NCBI GenBank assembly: GCA_051362555.1
Contig: JBPQGU010000013.1
Coordinates: forward strand, 310,001 to 374,000
Source of the DNA: Lingula anatina
Taxonomy: Eukaryota > Animalia > Brachiopoda
Direction of reading: 5' to 3'
DNA: 64,000 nucleotides
Both the position numbers and the translations under genes were made by a program. The notes beneath the pieces were generated by a model that was not told the origin of the DNA, made no database searches, and saw only the letters and a list, made by a program, of their open reading frames with translations. This document shows, in pieces, positions 32,301 to 47,300 of the stretch. Numbering within the stretch: position 1 is the stretch's first letter; each line of letters begins with the position of its first letter.

Positions 32301-35300
32301 TACACATTTTTTATGAATGACAGGTGTGGTAGATTGATTTTCGTCACTTTTTGGAAAAATCGGAGACGGGTCGATTTTTGGTGATTTTGAGTGATTTTGA
32401 ACAGTGCCGGCACTGTGAGATTTCTTCAATTTTGGCCAGGTAGGGATGAAAATTTTTTTCTTCATTATAGTGTCAGGTAGGTGTGTTCGGTCATTTGTAG
32501 TAAGAATAAAGTGCTGGAAGAGTGGTGGTGTCAACATTAAGGAAGAAATAGAGCAAAAACTCTCTCTCCCCCCCCCCCCCTCTCAGATTCTGTTCTCAGA
32601 GCTTATTTTTGGATCATCTTTAAAGCTAGAATTGGGGGCCTTGATGAAGTGACCCGGGCGTGTTTACACATTTTTTATGAATGACAGGTGTGGTAGATTG
32701 ATTTTCGTCACTTTTTGGAAAAATCGGAGACGGGTCGATTTTTGGTGATTTTGAGTGATTTTGAACAGTGCCGGCACTGTGAGATTTCTTCAATTTTGGC
32801 CAGGTAGGGATGAAAATTTTTTTTCTTCATTATAGTGTCAGGTAGGTGTGTTCGGTCATTTGTAGTAAGAATAAAGTGCTGGAAGAGTGGTGGTGTCAAC
32901 ATTAAGGAAGAAATAGAGCAAAAACTCTCTCTCCCACCCCCCTCTCAGATTCTGTTCTCAGAGCTTATTTTTGGATCATCTTTAAAGCTAGAATTGGGGG
33001 CCTTGATGAAGTGACCCGGGCGCGTTTCCACATTTTTTATGAATGACAGGTGTGGTAGATTGATTTTCGTCACTTTTTGGAAAAATCGGAGACGGGTCGA
33101 TTTTTGGTGATTTTGAGTGATTTTGAACAGTGCCGGCACTGTGAGATTTCTTCAATTTTGGCCAGGTAGGGATGAAAAATTTTTTTCTTCATTATAGTGT
33201 CAGGTAGGTGTGTTCGGTCATTTGTAGTAAGAATAAAGTGCTGGAAGAGTGGTGGTGTCAACATTAAGGAAGAAATAGAGAAAAAACTCTCTCTCCCCCC
33301 CCCTCTCAGATTCTGTTCTCAGAGCTTATTTTTGGATCATCTTTAAAGCTAGAATTGGGGGCCTTGATGAAGTGACCCGGGCGCGTTCACACATTTTTTA
33401 TGAATGACAGGTGTGGTAGATTGATTTTCGTCACTTTTTGGAAAAATCGGAGACGGGTCGATTTTTGGTGATTTTGAGTGATTTTGAACAGTGCCGGCAC
33501 TGTGAGATTTCTTCAATTTTGGCCAGGTAGGGATGAAAATTTTTTTTCTTCATTATAGTGTCAGGTAGGTGTGTTCGGTCATTTGTAGTAAGAATAAAGT
33601 GCTGGAAGAGTGGTGGTGTCAACATTAAGGAAGAAATAGAGCAAAAACTCTCTCTCCCCCCCCCCCTCTCAGATTCTGTTCTCAGAGCTTATTTTTGGAT
33701 CATCTTTAAAGCTAGAATTGGGGGCCTTGATGAAGTGACCCAGGCGCGTTTACACATTTTTTATGAATGACAGGTGTGGTAGATTGATTTTCGTCACTTT
33801 TTGGAAAAATCGGAGACGGGTCGATTTTTGGTGATTTTGAGTGATTTTGAACAGTGCCGGCACTGTGAGATTTCTTCAATTTTGCCAGGTAGGGATGAAA
33901 ATTTTTTTTCTTCATTATAGTGTCAGGTAGGTGTGTTCGGTCATTTGTAGTAAGAATAAAGTGCTGGAAGAATGGTGGTGTCAACATTAAGGAAGAAATA
34001 GAGCAAAAACTCTCTCTCCCCCCCCCCCCTCTCAGATTCTGTTCTCAGAGCTTATTTTTGGATCATCTTTAAAGCTAGAATTGGGGGCCTTGATGAAGTG
34101 ACCCGGGCGCGTTTACACATTTTTTATGAATGACAGGTGTGGTAGATTGATTTTCGTCACTTTTTGGAAAAATCGGAGACGGGTCGATTTTTGGTGATTT
34201 TGAGTGATTTTGAACAGTGCCGGCACTGTGAGATTTCTTCAATTTTGGCCAGGTAGGGATGAAAATTTTTTTTCTTCATTATAGTGTCAGGTAGGTGTGT
34301 TCGGTCATTTGTAGTAAGAATAAAGTGCTGGAAGAGTGGTGGTGTCAACATTAAGGAAGAAATAGAGCAAAAACTCTCTCTCCCCCCCCCCCTCTCAGAT
34401 TCTGTTCTCAGAGCTTATTTTTGGATCATCTTTAAAGCTAGAATTGGGGGCCTTGATGAAGTGACCCGGGCGCGTTTACACATTTTTTATGAATGACAGG
34501 TGTGGTAGATTGATTTTCGTCACTTTTTGGAAAAATCGGAGACGGGTCGATTTTTGGTGATTTTGAGTGATTTTGAACAGTGCCGGCACTGTGAGATTTC
34601 TTCAATTTTGGCCAGGTAGGGATGAAAATTTTTTTTCTTCATTATAGTGTCAGGTAGGTGTGTTCGGTCATTTGTAGTAAGAATAAAGTGCTGGAAGAGT
34701 GGTGGTGTCAACATTAAGGAAGAAATAGAGCAAAAACTCTCTCTCCCACCCCCTCTCAGATTCTGTTCTCAGAGCTTATTTTTGGATCATCTTTAAAGCT
34801 AGAATTGGGGGCCTTGATGAAGTGACCCGGGCGCGTTTCCACATTTTTTATGAATGACAGGTGTGGTAGATTGATTTTCGTCACTTTTTGGAAAAATCGG
34901 AGACGGGTCGATTTTTGGTGATTTTGAGTGATTTTGAACAGTGCCGGCACTGTGAGATTTCTTCAATTTTGGCCAGGTAGGGATGAAAATTTTTTTTCTT
35001 CATTATAGTGTCAGGTAGGTGTGTTCGGTCATTTGTAGTAAGAATAAAGTGCTGGAAGAGTGGTGGTGTCAACATTAAGGAAGAAATAGAGCAAAAACTC
35101 TCTCTCCCCCCCCCTCTCAGATTCTGTTCTCAGAGCTTATTTTTGGATCATCTTTAAAGCTAGAATTGGGGGCCTTGATGAAGTGACCCGGGCGTGTTTA
35201 CACATTTTTTATAAATGACAGGTGTGGTAGATTGATTTTCGTCACTTTTTGGAAAAATCGGAGACGGGTCGATTTTTGGTGATTTTGAGTGATTTTGAAC

Positions 35301-38300
35301 AGTGCCGGCACTGTGAGATTTCTTCAATTTTGGCCAGGTAGGGATGAAAATTTTTTTTCTTCATTATAGTGTCAGGTAGGTGTGTTCGGTCATTTGTAGT
35401 AAGAATAAAGTGCTGGAAGAGTGGTGGTGTCAACATTAAGGAAGAACTAGAGCAAAAACTCTCTCTCTCCCCCCCCCCCCTCTCAGATTCTGTTCTCAGA
35501 GCTTATTTTTGGATCATCTTTAAAGCTAGAATTGGGGGCCTTGATGAAGTGACCCGGGCGCGTTCACACATTTTTTATGAATGACAGGTGTGGTAGATTG
35601 ATTTTCGTCACTTTTTGGAAAAATCGGAGACGGGTCGATTTTTGGTGATTTTGAGTGATTTTGAACAGTGCCGGCACTGTGAGATTTCTTCAATTTTGGC
35701 CAGGTAGGGATGAAAATTTTTTTTCTTCATTATAGTGTCAGGTAGGTGTGTTCGGTCATTTGTAGTAAGAATAAAGTGCTGGAAGAGTGGTGGTGTCAAC
35801 ATTAAGGAAGAAATAGAGCAAAAACTCTCTCTCCCCCCCCCCTCTCAGATTCTGTTCTCAGAGCTTATTTTTGGATCATCTTTAAAGCTAGAATTGGGGG
35901 CCTTGATGAAGTGACCCAGGCGCGTTTACACATTTTTTATGAATGACAGGTGTGGTAGATTGATTTTCGTCACTTTTTGGAAAAATCGGAGACGGGTCGA
36001 TTTTTGGTGATTTTGAGTGATTTTGAACAGTGCCGGCACTGTGAGATTTCTTCAATTTTGGCCAGGTAGGGATGAAAATTTTTTTTCTTCATTATAGTGT
36101 CAGGTAGGTGTGTTCGGTCATTTGTAGTAAGAATAAAGTGCTGGAAGAGTGGTGGTGTCAACATTAAGGAAGAAATAGAGCAAAAACTCTCTCTCCCCCC
36201 CCCCCCTCTCAGATTCTGTTCTCAGAGCTTATTTTTGGATCATCTTTAAAGCTAGAATTGGGGGCCTTGATGAAGTGACCCGGGCGCGTTTACACATTTT
36301 TTATGAATGACAGGTGTGGTAGATTGATTTTCGTCACTTTTTGGAAAAATCGGAGACGGGTCGATTTTTGGTGATTTTGAGTGATTTTGAACAGTGCCGG
36401 CACTGTGAGATTTCTTCAATTTTGGCCAGGTAGGGATGAAAATTTTTTTTCTTCATTATAGTGTCAGGTAGGTGTGTTCGGTCATTTGTAGTAAGAATAA
36501 AGTGCTGGAAGAGTGGTGGTGTCAACATTAAGGAAGAAATAGAGCAAAAACTCTCTCTCCCCCCCCCTCTCAGATTCTGTTCTCAGAGCTTATTTTTGGA
36601 TCATCTTTAAAGCTAGAATTGGGGGCCTTGATGAAGTGACCCGGGCGCATTTACACATTTTTTATGAATGACAGGTGTGGTAGATTGATTTTCGTCACTT
36701 TTTGGAAAAATCGGAGATGGGTCGATTTTTGGTGATTTTGAGTGATTTTGAACAGTGCCGGCACTGTGAGATTTCTTCAATTTTGGCCAGGTAGGGATGA
36801 AAATTTTTTTTCTTCATTATAGTGTCAGGTAGGTGTGTTCGGTCATTTGTAGTAAGAATAAAGTGCTGGAAGAGTGGTGGTGTCAACATTAAGGAAGAAA
36901 TAGAGCAAAAACTCTCTCTCCCCCCCCCCCTCTCAGATTCTGTTCTCAGAGCTTATTTTTGGATCATCTTTAAAGCTAGAATTGGGGGCCTTGATGAAGT
37001 GACCCGGGCACGTTTACACATTTTTTATGAATGACAGGTGTGGTAGATTGATTTTCGTCACTTTTTGGAAAAATCGGAGACGGGTCGATTTTTGGTGATT
37101 TTGAGTGATTTTGAACAGTGCCGGCACTGTGAGATTTCTTCAATTTTGGCCAGGTAGGGATGAAAATTTTTTTTCTTCATTATAGTGTCAGGTAGGTGTG
37201 TTCGGTCATTTGTAGTAAGAATAAAGTGCTGGAAGAGTGGTGGTGTCAACATTAAGGAAGAAATAGAGCAAAAACTCTCTCTCCCCCCCCCTCTCAGATT
37301 CTGTTCTCAGAGCTTATTTTTGGATCATCTTTAAAGCTAGAATTGGGGGCCTTGATGAAGTGACCCGGGCACGTTTACACATTTTTTATGAATGACAGGT
37401 GTGGTAGATTGATTTTCGTCACTTTTTGGAAAAATCGGAGACGGGTCGATTTTTGGTGATTTTGAGTGATTTTGAACAGTGCCGGCACTGTGAGATTTCT
37501 TCAATTTTGGCCAGGTAGGGATGAAAATTTTTTTTCTTCATTATAGTGTCAGGTAGGTGTGTTCGGTCATTTGTAGTAAGAATAAAGTGCTGGAAGAGTG
37601 GTGGTGTCAACATTAAGGAAGAAATAGAGCAAAAACTCTCTCTCCCCCCCCCCCTCTCAGATTCTGTTCTCAGAGCTTATTTTTGGATCATCTTTAAAGC
37701 TAGAATTGGGGGCCTTGATGAAGTGACCCGGGCGCGTTTACACATTTTTTATGAATGACAGGTGTGGTAGATTGATTTTCGTCACTTTTTGGAAAAATCG
37801 GAGACGGGTCGATTTTTGGTGATTTTGAGTGATTTTGAACAGTGCCGGCACTGTGAGATTTCTTCAATTTTGGCCAGGTAGGGATGAAAATTTTTTTTCT
37901 TCATTATAGTGTCAGGTAGGTGTGTTCGGTCATTTGTAGTAAGAATAAAGTGCTGGAAGAGTGGTGGTGTCAACATTAAGGAAGAAATAGAGCAAAAACT
38001 CTCTCTCCCCCCCCTCTCAGATTCTGTTCTCAGAGCTTATTTTTGGATCATCTTTAAAGCTAGAATTGGGGGCCTTGATGAAGTGACCCGGGCGTGTTTC
38101 CACATTTTTTATGAATGACAGGTGTGGTAGATTGATTTTCGTCACTTTTTGGAAAAATCGGAGACGGGTCGATTTTTGGTGATTTTGAGTGATTTTGAAC
38201 AGTGCCGGCACTGTGAGATTTCTTCAGTTTTGGCCAGGTAGGGATGAAAATTTTTTTTCTTCATTATAGTGTCAGGTAGGTGTGTTCGGTCATTTGTAGT

Positions 38301-41300
38301 AAGAATAAAGTGCTGGAAGAGTGGTGGTGTCAAAATTAAGGAAGAAATAGAGCAAAAACTCTCTCTCCCCCCCCCCCCCCCCTCTCAGATTCTGTTCTCA
38401 GAGCTTATTTTTGGATCATCTTTAAAGCTAGAATTGGGGGCCTTGATGAAGTGACCCGGGCGCGTTTACACATTTTTTATGAATGACAGGTGTGGTAGAT
38501 TGATTTTCGTCACTTTTTGGAAAAATCGGAGACGGGTCGATTTTTGGTGATTTTGAGTGAATTTGAACAGCGGCACTGTGAGATTTCTTCAATTTTGGCC
38601 AGGTAGGGATGAAAATTTTTTTTCTTCATTATAGTGTCAGGTAGGTGTGTTCGGTCATTTGTAGTAAGAATAAAGTGCTGGAAGAGTGGTGGTGTCAACA
38701 TTAAGGAAGAAATAGAGCAAAAACTCTCTCTCCCCCCCGTCTCAGATTCTGTTCTCAGAGCTTATTTTTGGATCATCTTTAAAGCTAGAAATTGGGGGCC
38801 TTGATGAAGTGACCCGGGCGCGTTTACACATTTTTTATGAATGACAGGTGTGGTAGATTGATTTTCGTCACTTTTTGGAAAAATCGGAGACGGGTCGATT
38901 TTTGGTGATTTTGAGTGATTTTGAACAGTGCCGGCACTGTGAGATTTCTTCAATTTTGGCCAGGTAAGGATGAAAATTTTTTTTTCTTCATTATAGTGTC
39001 AGGTAGGTGTGTTCGGTCATTTGTAGTAAGAATAAAGTGCTGGAAGAGTGGTGGTGTCAACATTAAGGAAGAAATAGAGCAAAAACTCTCTCTCCCCCCC
39101 CTCTCAGATTCTGTTCTCAGAGCTTATTTTTGGATCATCTTTAAAGCTAGAATTGGGGGGCCTTGATGAAGTGACCCGGGCGCGTTTACACATTTTTTAT
39201 GAATGACAGGTTGTGGTAGATTGATTTTCGTCACTTTTTGGAAAAATCGGAGATGGGTCGATTTTTTGGTGATTTTGAGTGATTTTGAACAGTGCCGGCA
39301 CTGTGAGATTTCTTCAATTTTGGCCAGGTAGGGATGAAAATTTTTTTTCTTCATTATAGTGTCAGGTAGGTGTGTTCGGTCATTTGTAGTAAGAATAAAG
39401 TGCTGGAAGAGTGGTGGTGTCAACATTAAGGAAGAAATAGAGCAAAAACTCTCTCTCCCCCCCCCCTCTCAGATTCTGTTCTCAGAGCTTATTTTTGGAT
39501 CATCTTTAAAGCTAGAATTGGGGGCCTTGATGAAGTGACCCGGGCGCGTTTACACATTTTTTATGAATGACAGGTGTGGTAGATTGATTTTCGTCACTTT
39601 TTGGAAAAATCGGAGACGGGTCGATTTTTGGTGATTTTGAGTGATTTTGAACAGTGCCGGCACTGTGAGATTTCTTCAATTTTGGCCAGGTAGGGATGAA
39701 AATTTTTTTTCTTCATTATAGTGTCAGGTAGGTGTGTTCGGTCATTTGTAGTAAGAATAAAGTGCTGGAAGAGTGGTGGTGTCAACATTAAGGAAGAAAT
39801 AGAGCAAAAACTCTCTCTCCCCCCCCCCTCTCAGATTCTGTTCTCAGAGCTTATTTTTGGATCATCTTTAAAGCTAGAATTGGGGGCCTTGATGAAGTGA
39901 CCCGGGCGCGTTTACACATTTTTTATGAATGACAGGTGTGGTAGATTGATTTTCGTCACTTTTTGGAAAAATCGGAGACGGGTCGATTTTTGGTGATTTT
40001 GAGTGATTTTGAACAGTGCCGGCACTGTGAGATTTCTTCAATTTTGGCCAGGTAGGGATGAAAATTTTTTTCTTCATTATAGTGTCAGGTAGGTGTGTTC
40101 GGTCATTTGTAGTAAGAATAAAGTGCTGGAAGAGTGGTGGTGTCAACATTAAGGAAGAAATAGATCAAAAACTCTCTCTCCCCCCCCCCTCTCAGATTCT
40201 GTTCTCAGAGCTTATTTTTGGATCATCTTTAAAGCTAGAATTGGGGGCCTTGATGAAGTGACCCGGGCGCGTTTACACATTTTTTATGAATGACAGGTGT
40301 GGTAGATTGATTTTCGTCACTTTTTGGAAAAATCGGAGACGGGTCGATTTTTGGTGATTTTGAGTGATTTTGAACAGTGCCGGCACTGTGAGATTTCTTC
40401 AATTTTGGCCAGGTAGGGATGAAAATTTTTTTTCTTCATTATAGTGTCAGGTAGGTGTGTTCGGTCATTTGTAGTAAGAATAAAGTGCTGGAAGAGTGGT
40501 GGTGTCAACATTAAGGAAGAAATAGAGCAAAAACTCTCTCTCCCCCCCCCCCCTCTCAGATTCTGTTCTCAGAGCTTATTTTTGGATCATCTTCAAAGCT
40601 AGAATTGGGGGCCTTGATGAAGTGACCCGGGCGCGTTTACACATTTTTTATGAATGACAGGTGTGGTAGATTGATTTTCGTCACTTTTTGGAAAAATCGG
40701 AGACGGATCGATTTTTGGTGATTTTGAGTGATTTTGAACAGTGCCTTCACTGTGAGATTTCTTCAATTTTGGCCAGGTAGGGATGAAAATTTTTTTTCTT
40801 CATTATAGTGTCAGGTAGGTGTGTTCGGTCATTTGTAGTAAGAATAAAGTGCTGGAAGAGTGGTAGTGTCAACATTAAGGAAGAAATAGAGCAAAAACTC
40901 TCTCTCCCCCCCCCCCCCCCCCCCTCTCAGATTCTGTTCTCAGAGCTTATTTTTGGATCATCTTTAAAGCTAGAATTGGGGGCCTTGATGAAGTGACCCG
41001 GGCGCGTTTACACATTTTTTATGAATGACAGGTGTGGTAGATTGATTTTCGTCACTTTTTGGAAAAATCGGAGACGGGTCGATTTTTGGTGATTTTGAGT
41101 GATTTTGAACAGTGCCGGCACTGTGAGATTTCTTCAATTTTGGCCAGGTAGGGATGAAAATTTTTTTTCTTCATTATAGTGTCAGGTAGGTGTGTTCGGT
41201 CATTTGTAGTAAGAATAAAGTGCTGGAAGAGTGGTGGTGTCAACATTAAGGAAGAAATAGAGCAAAAACTCTCTCTCCCCCCCCCCTCTCAGATTCTGTT

Positions 41301-44300
41301 CTCAGAGCTTATTTTTGGATCATCTTTAAAGCTAGAATTGGGGGCCTTGATGAAGTGACCCGGGCGCGTTTACACATTTTTTATGAATGACAGGTGTGGT
41401 AGATTGATTTTCGTCACTTTTTGGAAAAATCGGAGACGGGTCGATTTTTGGTGATTTTGAGTGATTTTGAACAGTGCCGGCACTGTGAGATTTCTTCAAT
41501 TTTGGCCAGGTAGGGATGAAAATTTTTTTTCTTCATTATAGTGTCAGGTAGGTGTGTTCGGTCATTTGTAGTAAGAATAAAGTGCTGGAAGAGTGGTGGT
41601 GTCAACATTAAGGAAGAAATAGAGCAAAAACTCTCTCTCCCCCCTCCCCCCCTCTCAGATTCTGTTCTCAGAGCTTATTTTTGGATCATCTTTAAAGCTA
41701 GAATTGGGGGCCTTGATGAAGTGACCCGGGCGCGTTTACACATTTTTTATGAATGACAGGTGTGGTAGATTGATTTTCGTCACTTTTTGGAAAAATCGGA
41801 GACGGGTCGATTTTTGGTGATTTTGAGTGATTTTGAACAGTGCCGGCACTGTGAGATTTCTTCAATTTTGGCCAGGTAGGGATGAAAATTTTTTTTCTTC
41901 ATTATAGTGTCAGGTAGGTGTGTTCGGTCATTTGTAGTAAGAATAAAGTGCTGGAAGAGTGGTGGTGTCAACATTAAGGAAGAAATAGAGCAAAAACTCT
42001 CTCTCCCCCCCCCCCTCTCAGATTCTGTTCTCAGAGCTTATTTTTGGATCATCTTTAAAGCTAGAATTGGGGGCCTTGATGAAGTGACCCGGGCGCGTTT
42101 ACACATTTTTTATGAATGACAGGTGTGGTAGATTGATTTTCGTCACTTTTTGGAAAAATCGGAGACGGGTCGATTTTTGGTGATTTTGAGTGATTTTGAA
42201 CAGTGCCGGCACTGTGAGATTTCTTCAATTTTGGCCAGGTAGGGATGAAAATTTTTTTTCTTCATTATAGTGTCAGGTAGGTGTGTTCGGTCATTTGTAG
42301 TAAGAATAAAGTGCTGGAAGAGTGGTGGTGTCAACATTAAGGAAGAAATAGAGCAAAAACTCTCTCTCCCCCCCCCCCTCTCAGATTCTGTTCTCAGAGC
42401 TTATTTTTGGATCATCTTTAAAGCTAGAATTGGGGGCCTTGATGAAGTGACCCGGGCGTGTTTACACATTTTTTATGAATGACAGGTGTGGTAGATTGAT
42501 TTTCGTCACTTTTTGGAAAAATCGGAGACGGGTCGATTTTTGGTGATTTTGAGTGATTTTGAACAGTGCCGGCACTGTGAGATTTCTTCAATTTTGGCCA
42601 GGTAGGGATGAAAATTTTTTTTCTTCATTATAGTGTCAGGTAGGTGTGTTCGGTCATTTGTAGTAAGAATAAAGTGCTGGAAGAGTGGTGGTGTCAACAT
42701 TAAGGAAGAAATAGAGCAAAAACTCTCTCTCCCACCCCCCTCTCAGATTCTGTTCTCAGAGCTTATTTTTGGATCATCTTTAAAGCTAGAATTGGGGGCC
42801 TTGATGAAGTGACCCGGGCGCGTTTCCACATTTTTTATGAATGACAGGTGTGGTAGATTGATTTTCGTCACTTTTTGGAAAAATCGGAGACGGGTCGATT
42901 TTTGGTGATTTTGAGTGATTTTGAACAGTGCCGGCACTGTGAGATTTCTTCAATTTTGGCCAGGTAGGGATGAAAAATTTTTTTCTTCATTATAGTGTCA
43001 GGTAGGTGTGTTCGGTCATTTGTAGTAAGAATAAAGTGCTGGAAGAGTGGTGGTGTCAACATTAAGGAAGAAATAGAGAAAAAACTCTCTCTCCCCCCCC
43101 CTCTCAGATTCTGTTCTCAGAGCTTATTTTTGGATCATCTTTAAAGCTAGAATTGGGGGCCTTGATGAAGTGACCCGGGCGCGTTCACACATTTTTTATG
43201 AATGACAGGTGTGGTAGATTGATTTTCGTCACTTTTTGGAAAAATCGGAGACGGGTCGATTTTTGGTGATTTTGAGTGATTTTGAACAGTGCCGGCACTG
43301 TGAGATTTCTTCAATTTTGGCCAGGTAGGGATGAAAATTTTTTTTCTTCATTATAGTGTCAGGTAGGTGTGTTCGGTCATTTGTAGTAAGAATAAAGTGC
43401 TGGAAGAGTGGTGGTGTCAACATTAAGGAAGAAATAGAGCAAAAACTCTCTCTCCCACCCCCTCTCAGATTCTGTTCTCAGAGCTTATTTTTGGATCATC
43501 TTTAAAGCTAGAATTGGGGGCCTTGATGAAGTGACCCGGGCGCGTTTCCACATTTTTTATGAATGACAGGTGTGGTAGATTGATTTTCGTCACTTTTTGG
43601 AAAAATCGGAGACGGGTCGATTTTTGGTGATTTTGAGTGATTTTGAACAGTGCCGGCACTGTGAGATTTCTTCAATTTTGGCCAGGTAGGGATGAAAATT
43701 TTTTTTCTTCATTATAGTGTCAGGTAGGTGTGTTCGGTCATTTGTAGTAAGAATAAAGTGCTGGAAGAGTGGTGGTGTCAACATTAAGGAAGAAATAGAG
43801 CAAAAACTCTCTCTCCCCCCCCCTCTCAGATTCTGTTCTCAGAGCTTATTTTTGGATCATCTTTAAAGCTAGAATTGGGGGCCTTGATGAAGTGACCCGG
43901 GCGTGTTTACACATTTTTTATAAATGACAGGTGTGGTAGATTGATTTTCGTCACTTTTTGGAAAAATCGGAGACGGGTCGATTTTTGGTGATTTTGAGTG
44001 ATTTTGAACAGTGCCGGCACTGTGAGATTTCTTCAATTTTGGCCAGGTAGGGATGAAAATTTTTTTTCTTCATTATAGTGTCAGGTAGGTGTGTTCGGTC
44101 ATTTGTAGTAAGAATAAAGTGCTGGAAGAGTGGTGGTGTCAACATTAAGGAAGAACTAGAGCAAAAACTCTCTCTCTCCCCCCCCTCTCAGATTCTGTTC
44201 TCAGAGCTTATTTTTGGATCATCTTTAAAGCTAGAATTGGGGGCCTTGATGAAGTGACCCGGGCGCGTTCACACATTTTTTATGAATGACAGGTGTGGTA

Positions 44301-47300
44301 GATTGATTTTCGTCACTTTTTGGAAAAATCGGAGACGGGTCGATTTTTGGTGATTTTGAGTGATTTTGAACAGTGCCGGCACTGTGAGATTTCTTCAATT
44401 TTGGCCAGGTAGGGATGAAAATTTTTTTTCTTCATTATAGTGTCAGGTAGGTGTGTTCGGTCATTTGTAGTAAGAATAAAGTGCTGGAAGAGTGGTGGTG
44501 TCAACATTAAGGAAGAAATAGAGCAAAAACTCTCTCTCCCCCCCCCCCTCTCAGATTCTGTTCTCAGAGCTTATTTTTGGATCATCTTTAAAGCTAGAAT
44601 TGGGGGCCTTGATGAAGTGACCCAGGCGCGTTTACACATTTTTTATGAATGACAGGTGTGGTAGATTGATTTTCGTCACTTTTTGGAAAAATCGGAGACG
44701 GGTCGATTTTTGGTGATTTTGAGTGATTTTGAACAGTGCCGGCACTGTGAGATTTCTTCAATTTTGGCCAGGTAGGGATGAAAATTTTTTTTCTTCATTA
44801 TAGTGTCAGGTAGGTGTGTTCGGTCATTTGTAGTAAGAATAAAGTGCTGGAAGAGTGGTGGTGTCAACATTAAGGAAGAAATAGAGCAAAAACTCTCTCT
44901 CCCCCCCCCCCCCCTCTCAGATTCTGTTCTCAGAGCTTATTTTTGGATCATCTTTAAAGCTAGAATTGGGGGCCTTGATGAAGTGACCCGGGCGCGTTTA
45001 CACATTTTTTATGAATGACAGGTGTGGTAGATTGATTTTCGTCACTTTTTGGAAAAATCGGAGACGGGTCGATTTTTGGTGATTTTGAGTGATTTTGAAC
45101 AGTGCCGGCACTGTGAGATTTCTTCAATTTTGGCCAGGTAGGGATGAAAATTTTTTTTCTTCATTATAGTGTCAGGTAGGTGTGTTCGGTCATTTGTAGT
45201 AAGAATAAAGTGCTGGAAGAGTGGTGGTGTCAACATTAAGGAAGAAATAGAGCAAAAACTCTCTCTCCCCCCCCCCTCTCAGATTCTGTTCTCAGAGCTT
45301 ATTTTTGGATCATCTTTAAAGCTAGAATTGGGGGCCTTGATGAAGTGACCCGGGCGCGTTTACACATTTTTTATGAATGACAGGTGTGGTAGATTGATTT
45401 TCGTCACTTTTTGGAAAAATCGGAGATGGGTCGATTTTTGGTGATTTTGAGTGATTTTGAACAGTGCCGGCACTGTGAGATTTCTTCAATTTTGGCCAGG
45501 TAGGGATGAAAATTTTTTTTCTTCATTATAGTGTCAGGTAGGTGTGTTCGGTCATTTGTAGTAAGAATAAAGTGCTGGAAGAGTGGTGGTGTCAACATTA
45601 AGGAAGAAATAGAGCAAAAACTCTCTCTCCCCCCCCCTCTCAGATTCTGTTCTCAGAGCTTATTTTTGGATCATCTTTAAAGCTAGAATTGGGGGCCTTG
45701 ATGAAGTGACCCGGGCACGTTTACACATTTTTTATGAATGACAGGTGTGGTAGATTGATTTTCGTCACTTTTTGGAAAAATCGGAGACGGGTCGATTTTT
45801 GGTGATTTTGAGTGATTTTGAACAGTGCCGGCACTGTGAGATTTCTTCAATTTTGGCCAGGTAGGGATGAAAATTTTTTTTCTTCATTATAGTGTCAGGT
45901 AGGTGTGTTCGGTCATTTGTAGTAAGAATAAAGTGCTGGAAGAGTGGTGGTGTCAACATTAAGGAAGAAATAGAGCAAAAACTCTCTCTCCCCCCCCCTC
46001 TCAGATTCTGTTCTCAGAGCTTATTTTTGGATCATCTTTAAAGCTAGAATTGGGGGCCTTGATGAAGTGACCCGGGCACGTTTACACATTTTTTATGAAT
46101 GACAGGTGTGGTAGATTGATTTTCGTCACTTTTTGGAAAAATCGGAGACGGGTCGATTTTTGGTGATTTTGAGTGATTTTGAACAGTGCCGGCACTGTGA
46201 GATTTCTTCAATTTTGGCCAGGTAAGGATGAAAATTTTTTTTCTTCATTATAGTGTCAGGTAGGTGTGTTCGGTCATTTGTAGTAAGAATAAAGTGCTGG
46301 AAGAGTGGTGGTGTCAACATTAAGGAAGAAATAGAGCAAAAACTCTCTCTCCCCCCCCCTCTCAGATTCTGTTCTCAGAGCTTATTTTTGGATCATCTTT
46401 AAAGCTAGAATTGGGGGCCTTGATGAAGTGACCCGGGCGCGTTTACACATTTTTTATGAATGACAGGTGTGGTAGATTGATTTTCGTCACTTTTTGGAAA
46501 AATCGGAGACGGGTCGATTTTTGGTGATTTTGAGTGATTTTGAACAGTGCCGGCACTGTGAGATTTCTTCAATTTTGGCCAGGTAGGGATGAAAATTTTT
46601 TTTCTTCATTATAGTGTCAGGTAGGTGTGTTCGGTCATTTGTAGTAAGAATAAAGTGCTGGAAGAGTGGTGGTGTCAACATTAAGGAAGAAATAGAGCAA
46701 AAACTCTCTCTCCCCCCCCCCTCTCAGATTCTGTTCTCAGAGCTTATTTTTGGATCATCTTTAAAGCTATAATTGGGGGCCTTGATGAAGTGACCCGGGC
46801 GCGTTTACACATTTTTTATGAATGACAGGTGTGGTAGATTGATTTTCGTCACTTTTTGGAAAAATCGGAGACGGGTCGATTTTTGGTGATTTTGAGTGAT
46901 TTTGAACAGTGCCGGCACTGTGAGATTTCTTCAATTTTGGCCAGGTAGGGATGAAAATTTTTTTTCTTCATTATAGTGTCAGGTAGGTGTGTTCGGTCAT
47001 TTGTAGTAAGAATAAAGTGCTGGAAGAGTGGTGGTGTCAACATTAAGGAAGAAATAGAGCAAAAACTCTCTCTCCCCCCCCCTCTCAGATTCTGTTCTCA
47101 GAGCTTATTTTTGGATCATCTTTAAAGCTAGAATTGGGGGCCTTGATGAAGTGACCCAGGCGCGTTTACACATTTTTTATGAATGACAGGTGTGGTAGAT
47201 TGATTTTCGTCACTTTTTGGAAAAATCGGAGACGGGTCGATTTTTGGTGATTTTGAGTGATTTTGAACAGTGCCGGCACTGTGAGATTTCTTCAATTTTG

